This document shows, one piece after another, positions 54,530 to 64,000 of a stretch of 64,000 nucleotides of DNA. Position 1 is the first letter of the stretch. Each line of letters begins with the position of its first letter. Made by a program: the position numbers and the translations under genes. The stretch is taken from assembly GCF_009914755.1 (NCBI RefSeq), contig NC_060939.1. The stretch is one strand, 5' to 3'. This DNA comes from the human T2T-CHM13v2.0 reference genome, Homo sapiens. Under the pieces are notes generated by a model. It was not told the DNA's origin. It saw nothing but the letters and a program-made list of their open reading frames with translations, and searched no databases.

Positions 54530-55543
54530 TTTCCCAGCAAAATGACGCAGGGTGGTTTGGAGAAATGACTCATTCCAGGGCTGGAGCAGGGACCGTACAA
54601 GATGACCCTAGAGCATTTGCAGTCCCATAAATAAAGAAGTTCTCAAAAAAGAAAATGATGAGGGTGTGTCAAAGGGACATAGGAGCCAAATGAAAGGGTT
54701 CTCAGTAATGCTAGAATAATTTGAGCAACAAGATTAAAAATGTAGATTACTTGAAGATTATAATCTAAAAAGGTATGAAATAAACATCCAAGAATCCACA
54801 TGTATATAAATAAATGATTAAGTAAATAAACAAAAGGGAGAGAAGTAACAAACCTTCCATATAGAAGAATTTCAAATAATCTATGTACCTATTCCTTCCA
54901 TGAAAAGGTGGAGCTTAATTTGCTGCTTGTTAAGTTTGGGTGCACTTTGTAGCTTGCTTATAAAGAGAAAAGTATGAGGGGGTAGTAGCTTTACACTGCA
55001 GAAAGTGGGAAAACACTACCTCAGCAGGGTGATCAAAGTTAACATCATTGGTGGCGTGTCATGTTAACATTAGGAACCCTTGATAAGATGTGATGATAAG
55101 ATTACTTCACCTCTGTGATCTTCCTCGCAAAAAATTCATAACTCAAGACTAACCATGAGAACACATCAGATAAACTCAAATTTAACTTAAGCTCAAATTC
55201 TACAAAATATCTGGCCACTATGCCTCAAGACTGTCATCAAGGTCATCAGAAAACACTCTGGTATTCTGAGAAACTACCAGAGTCCAGAAGAGATTAAGAT
55301 ATAAGATGACTAAATGCAATGTGGGGTTCTGGACGGATCCTAGAACGGAAAAATGACATTGGGCAAAAAGTAATGAAATCTGAATATATCAGCATTAGTT
55401 CATTAGTTGTGAAAAATATAATTATGTAAGTTGTTAAAAATAGAGCAAACTGGGTACAGGGTATAAGGAAACTCACCAAACTATCTCTGCAACTTTTCTC
55501 ATCTAGACAATCCTGTAACAAAAAAAAATTTTATTTAAAAAAT
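54530..55543 (+). mobile_element. L1MC3/L1MD-like 3'UTR
   Basis: ttccagggctggagcaggga...gtcaaagggacataggagcc...gtgatcaaagttaacatca...ctatctctgcaacttttct plus A tail. Confidence 0.8.
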
Positions 55544-55545
55544 GT

Positions 55546-55845
<300 letters not shown>

Positions 55846-56164
55846 GTAAGGCAAAACCATTAAATGGGTTCAAGCAGTGGAAAAATAAAAACAATGGATG
55901 TGAGCGGAGAATGGTTTGGGGAAGAAGAGAGAGGACAATAAAGAGACCACTCATGAGTCTATCATATCAAGATGCACAGATGATGCAGCTGCAATTTTGC
56001 AGGTGTTAGTGGAAATGGAGATCAGTGGACAGATTCAAGAAATAGTTTAAATAAAGAAACAAAAAAGAGTTATTGATAAATGTGTCAAGAAAGACAAAGA
56101 GAGAAGTTAAGTATGACACTGAGGTTTTGAGCTTTAGATATTAGATGGAGAAAACCTGGTGCAA

Positions 56165-57460
56165 CAAAATATTTGAAGAAATAATACCTTACAATGTCAA
56201 AATTTAATGAAAACTATAAAGCCACAAGTCCAGGAATTTCAATAAACCAAGCACAGAAAACATAATGAAAACTACCCTAGGGCATATCACAATCAAATTG
56301 TTCAAAGCCACCGATAAAGAGAAAATTTCAACAAGAAGCCACGGGAAGGAGACATGTTATATAAGGATGACATCAAATTTCTCATCAGAAACAATGCTGG
56401 CCAGAAGACAGTAGAGCAATATCTTTGAAATACTGAATTTTTAAAAGTCACCTTAGAATTAAGAAAAAATAATTTTCAAAAATAAAGGCAAAATTAAAAT
56501 TTTTTCAGATGTAAAAAAGCAGAAAAATTTATCACCAGCAGATCCAGACTAACAAAATTTGTCAAAAGACATCCTTCAAGCAGAAGGAAAAACAATGCTA
56601 GATGAAAATATGAATCTACACAAAGGAAGGAAGAATACCAGAAATTTTCAAGGATTAAAAACATACAAAATATATAATTTATTTTGTTATTTAAATGTAT
56701 TTAAAGTTAATTAATACTTAAACAATAGTAACAATTTAGTATTTGCTTAATAACACATTTTTAAAAACGTGTAGCATCAGTAGCCCAAAGCTGTTGAGAG
56801 AAGAAAAGGAAACAGACTATTGTAAGGTCCCATGGTGTAATATCACTTGAGGATGCACTGTGATAAAATGGAGAGTTATACTATATAAATCATAAATCAA
56901 TCTCTAAGTAACAAAAGAAGTTACAGCTAATAATCCAACCTGGATATGAAATTGCAAAAATTGAATCAATTAATCCAAAAGAAGGTAGTAAAGGAGGAAA
57001 GGGAAACAAAAACCTGATGAATCTAGTGTAAATCACATAGCAAGATAGCAGAGGTAAATCTAACTGTATCAGTCATTACATCAAATGTATATCATTTAAA
57101 CATCCCAACTAGAACACAGGGATTTTTTTAAAAAAAGCACAAGTCAAATATTTGTGACCTCTAGGAAGTGAACTTAGACTATATTACCAAGTTAAATAGA
57201 ATTTTTAAAAATGAGAAAAAATACATCCTCTTAACCCTGATCAAAAGAAAGCTGGGATAAGCACTTCTGGAATGGCAGAGTAAGGACCTATAGAAACGTA
57301 CTCCTTGATAAAAACAGGGAGAACGCTAAGAAAAAATGTCAAAACCTACTTTTCGGGACTGCAAAAAAAGAAAAGTTTTGCGGAAATTAAAGAAGCATTT
57401 CTTTAAGAAAAGCATGAATTTCAGTAAGAACAGTAAACTTTGTAAATTTTAACATGTCTT
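56165..57460 (+). mobile_element. L1M ORF1 3' half and ORF2 start, then an L1M 5'-end piece
   Basis: ORF1-like (atcaaattgttcaaagcc, ttctcatcagaaacaatg). Endonuclease start up to aaagaaagctggga at about 57255. L1 5'-end-like cacttctggaatggcagagtaagga follows. Confidence 0.75.
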
Positions 57461-57464
57461 TTTA

Positions 57465-59520
57465 AAATTCTTTTTTCTTTTGTCTCCTTTTATTGTGTAT
57501 TTTCAAATACCCTGTCTTTAAGCTCAGTAATTATTTCTTCTGTTTGATCAGTTCTGCTGTTAAACAACTGATGTATTCCTCCACATGCCAGTTGTATTTT
57601 TCAGCTTCAGAATTTCTGATTGTTTTTATAAGTTATTTCAATTTCTTTGTTATATTTTTCTGATAGAGTTCTGAATTCCTTCTCTGTGTTAGTTTGAACT
57701 TCTTTGAGTTTCCTCAAAATAGCTATTTGAATTCTCTTTCTGAACTGTCACATATTTCTGTTTCTCCAGGATTGGTCCCTGGTGCCTTATTTAGTTCATT
57801 TGGTGAGGTCATGTTTTCGTGGATGATCTTGATGATTGTGGATGTTCTTCTGTGTCTGGACATTGAAGAATTAGGTATTTATCGTAGTCTTCACAGTCTG
57901 GGCTTGTTTGTACACATCCTTCTTGGGAAAGCTTTCCAGATATTCAAATGGACTTAGATGTTGTGATCTAAGCTGCATCTGCCTTAAGGGGCACCCCAAG
58001 CACAGTATTGCTGTGGTTCTTATAGACTCATAGAGGTATTACTTTAATGGTCTTGGACAATGTCTGGAAGAACTCTCTGGATTACCAGGCAAAGGCTCTT
58101 GTTCTTTTCCCTTACTTTCTCCCAAACAAACAGAATCTCTCTCTCTCTGTTCTGAGCAACTTAAAGCTGGGGGTAGAGTGACACAAGCAACCCTGTGCCC
58201 ACCACCACCACCAGGACTGTGCTGAGTTTGACCTGAAGCCAGCAGAGCACTGGGTCTCGCACAAGGCCTGGTGTAACCACTCCCTGGCTACTTCCTATGT
58301 TTACTCAAGGCCCTAGGGCTCCATAATCAGCAGGTAGCAGAGCCAGACAGGCCTGTGTCCTTCCCTTCAGGGCAGTGAGTTCTCCCAGGCCCTGGGCACG
58401 TCCAGAGGTGCTGTTGGGAGCCAGGTAGTAGAGTCAAAAACCTTAGAAGTCTACTTGGCGTTCTGTTGTACAATGGTTGGACTGGAACTCAAACTACAAA
58501 ATACAGTCTTTCCCAGTCTTCCCTCCCCTTCCAAAGGCAGAGGATCCTTATCGTGTGGCCACTGCCAACACAGGCCTATGGGGAATACCGCCAGACTACC
58601 ACTGATGTTCTTTGAAGGCCCAAGGGCTCTTCAGTCACCTTGTGGTGAATGCTTCCTGGCCTGGGACTCACCATTGAGGGCAGTGGGCTTCCCTCTGGCC
58701 CAGGGCATGTCCATAAATGCCATCCAAGAGACAAGTCCTGGAATTGGGGACCCCCAAGAGCCCACTTGATGCTCTACCGCCTGTGGCCAAGCCGGTGCCT
58801 AAGGTGCAATACAAAGTCCCTTTTACTTTTCCCTCTACTTTTTTCAAACAGAAGGGGTCTCATCTCATAGCCACTTCAGCTGGTAATGTGTTGAGGCTCA
58901 CCTGAAACCACCAAGTCTCAGAGTCTTACCCAAAGCTCATGATACATTACCTGGGTATCACTGCTGGTTATTCAAAGCCCAGTGGCTCTCCAGTTAGCAG
59001 ATAATAAGTCCTGCCAGTACTGGGTTCTTCCCTTTAAGGAAGTAGGTTCCCTTCTGACCCATAGTGTCTAGAAATGTCATCCAGAAACTAGGGCCTGGAA
59101 AGGGGGCCTCATGACTCTGACTGGTACCCTATACTGCTGTGATTGAGCTGGTATCCAAGATGTAAGAGAATATTCTCCCACTAATCCTTCTCTTTCCCTC
59201 ACCTCAAGTGGAAGGGAGGAGTCTTTTTTGGAGCCATGAGCAGTGCAGCCTGGGGTTAGGGAACAGATGATGTTGGCATTCCCTTAGCCACCCCAGCTGG
59301 TGTCTATAGGTTGTGTTCCTCCCACCCCCAGTCCACTAGCTCTGGGCCCAGTTCAACACTAGGACTCACCTAGGAGTTGCAGTCCTTGTGGCCTAGACTG
59401 TTAGGGCCCCAGAGCACTTTAGCCTGCGATGGAGAGTCTTGGAGGAACTAACCACTAAGATTGGCAATTCCCCTCTGGCTTGGACTGGTTTAAATGCTTC
59501 CTTCATGGGTGGATGTCAAC
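57465..59520 (-). mobile_element. L1MA/L1PB-type 5'UTR and ORF1 N-terminus, antisense
   Basis: Antisense ORF1 start (ttcagcttcagaatttctg; ctatttgaattctctttctgaa) followed by a GC-richer 5'UTR with internal repeats (ttcccttcagggcagtgagttc / ttcttccctttaaggaagtaggttcc). Confidence 0.85.
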
Positions 59521-59523
59521 TGA

Positions 59524-60075
59524 TCTAGAAGCAGAAATACCATTTGACCCATTCTATCATAAAGATACATACACGTGTATGTTCATTGCAGCACTATTCA
59601 CAATAGTAAAGACATGGAATCAACCCAAATGCCCATCAATGATGGACTGGATAAAGAAAACGTGGTACATATACAGCATGGAATACTATGCAGCCATAAA
59701 AAGGAATGAGAGCATGTCCTTTGCAGGCATGTCCAGCATCGTTGAAGCTGGAAGCCAGTATCCTCAGCAAACTAACACAGGAACAGAAAACCAAACAATG
59801 CATGTTCTTGCTTGTAAGTGGGAGTTGAACAATGAGAACACATGGACACAGGGAGAGGAACAACACACACTGAGGCCTGTGGGGGGAATGGGGGGGAAGG
59901 AGAGCATCAAGATAAATAGCTAATGCATGTGGGGTTAAATATCTAGCTGATGGGTTGATAGGTGCAGCAAACCACCATGGCACATGTTTGTTTACCTATG
60001 CAACAATCCTGCATGTCCTGCACATGTATCCCAGAACTTAAAATAAAATTAAACTTAATTTAAAAAATAAACAAA
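59524..60075 (+). mobile_element. L1PA (PA8-11-like) 3' end
   Basis: ORF2 C-terminus (CMFIAALFTIVKTWNQPKCPSMMDWIKKTWYIYSMEYYAAIK), 3'UTR and A-rich tail. Confidence 0.93.
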
Positions 60076-60084
60076 ATAATTTTA

Positions 60085-61849
60085 ATTATATGAAGTATAT
60101 TGTCCAACCAAATAGAATTAGAAATTAATAACAAAAGGAAATGTTAGAAATTCCCAAACATGAAATTCCTACATAACCAATGAATTAAAAAGGAAATCTT
60201 AAAGAAAATTGGAAAATAATTGTAGATGGATTACAGATAACATACCAATACTTATGAATACAGCTAAAGCACTGTTTAGAGAGAAAGACTAATATTTTTT
60301 TAAAGACAGAAATATCTCAAATGAACACCTTAAGAAACTGAGGGGGGTGGGGTGGGGGAGAGCAAACTAAACCTAAAGCAAAGAGAAGAAAAGAAATAAT
60401 TAAGATTAGAATGGAAAGAAATGAACTAGGGGATAGAAAAACACTATAAAAATCAATGATTACAAAAATCAGTTCTTCAGAAAGATCAATATTAACAAAT
60501 CTTTAGCTAGATTGACCAAAAAAGGAAAAAAGACTCAAATTACTAAAATCAAGAATAAGAGGGGACATAACTACCAACCTTACTGAAATAAGAGGAATTA
60601 TAAGGAAATAATATAAACAACTGCATACCAACAAATTAGATAACCTAGATGAAGTAGCAAAGTGCCACAAACTGCTAACACTAACTAAAAAAAAAAAAGA
60701 AAAAGAAAAAGGAAATATAAATTTATATATAACAAGTTAAAGATTAAGTTAGTAATTTAAAAAATTTCCAGAAAGTAAAGCCTAGAATTAGATGGGTTCA
60801 CTAATGAATTCAAATAAACATTTAAAAGAATTTATACCAATTCTTTACAAACTTGTACAGTAAATAGAAGAGGAAGGAACACTATCTAATCTATTCTATG
60901 AGACTGATGTTGCCCTGGTTCTAAAACCAGACAAAGACATTACAAAACCAATATCCTTTCTAAATATAGACACAAAAATACCCAACAAACTTCTAGCAAA
61001 TCAAACCCAACAATATAAGAAAGGATTATACCCCATAACCAAGTAAAATATCCAAGGAAAGAAGCATATGGTATTTGTTGGTAATTATTCCATATGTGTT
61101 TGAAAAGAATGCATATTCTACTATTTTAAGTGGAGTGTTCTATAAATATCACTGAGTTCTAGTTGGTTGATTGTGTTATTTAGATATTCTATATTATTAC
61201 CGATGTAGTATATACTTGTTCTATAAACTATTGAGAGAGGGTACTGAAATCTCTGACCATTGCTATAAACTTGTTTATTTGTCTTTGGACTTATACTAAC
61301 TTTTCTTCATGTATTTTGATGATCTCTTAGTAGGTACATAATCACTTAGGAATGTTCTGCCATGTTGATGATTTCATAGCTTTACATGATGAAATGACAT
61401 TTTATATATGGAAATCCCAATTAAAAGCCCAGGAAACCTTTTTAAAAGTTGACAAGCTGATTCCAAAATGTATATGATAATGCAACATAGAATACCCAAA
61501 ACAACTTTGAAAAAGAACAAAGTTGAAGGACTAACACTACCTAATTTAAGAACTTATTAGAAGCTACAGCAATGAAGATACTATGGTATTAGTATTAGGA
61601 TAGGCAAGTCAGGCATGGTATAGAATACAGAATTCAGAAATATATAAAAACATATATAGCCAACTAATTATTTTAACAAATGTATAGAGACAACTCATCA
61701 GAGATAGAATAGGTTTTTCAAAAAATTGTGCTAGCACAATTGAATGTCCTTGTGCGGATAAATAAATAAGCATTGATCTATCTCGTACCATGTATGATTA
61801 ACTCGTAATAGACTATAGAAATTAAATTTAACCATAAAATGCTTAGGAA

Positions 61850-61850
<1 letters not shown>
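60085..61850 (+). mobile_element. Fragmented L1M ORF2, including an inverted endonuclease block at about 61065-61400
   Basis: Plus-strand ORF2 linker/Z region at 60085-61060, antisense endonuclease segment at 61065-61400, and plus-strand post-RT region at 61410-61850. Confidence 0.75.

Positions 61851-64000
<2,150 letters not shown>

Noticed and set aside
57465-60075. Twin-priming inversion (antisense L1 5' part joined to a sense L1 3' end)
   Set aside because: The two parts look like different-age subfamilies (L1MA/PB 5' versus L1PA 3'), and I see no shared TSD.
60342-60358. G-rich run GGGGGGTGGGGTGGGGG as a G4
   Set aside because: Only three separate G-tracts.

Overview
This is primate, very probably human, nuclear DNA that is intergenic or intronic. 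It is not prokaryotic. I find no credible protein-coding gene, RNA gene or CRISPR array. The ORF track consists of chance ORFs plus decayed transposon frames (HsMar2 transposase, L1 ORF1/ORF2, Alu and LTR12 antisense frames). Both ends (about 1-12 kb and 51-64 kb) are dense with nested transposons: L1, Alu, MaLR/ERVL LTRs, a full-length HsMar2 mariner, a piggyBac Looper relic and hAT/Tigger MITEs. The centre (especially about 31-41.5 kb) is almost free of recognisable repeats and carries enhancer-like motif clusters. The best leads are a 5'-truncated ERV9 LTR12 that keeps its core promoter, an unexplained ~75-bp dispersed duplication with TSD-like flanks, a CpG-enriched candidate first exon near 14.7 kb, and a G4/Z-DNA/triplex junction at 41.3 kb. 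I cannot support a claim of a new biological system. Repeat subfamily names come from my memory of consensus sequences, and boundaries of old elements are approximate.
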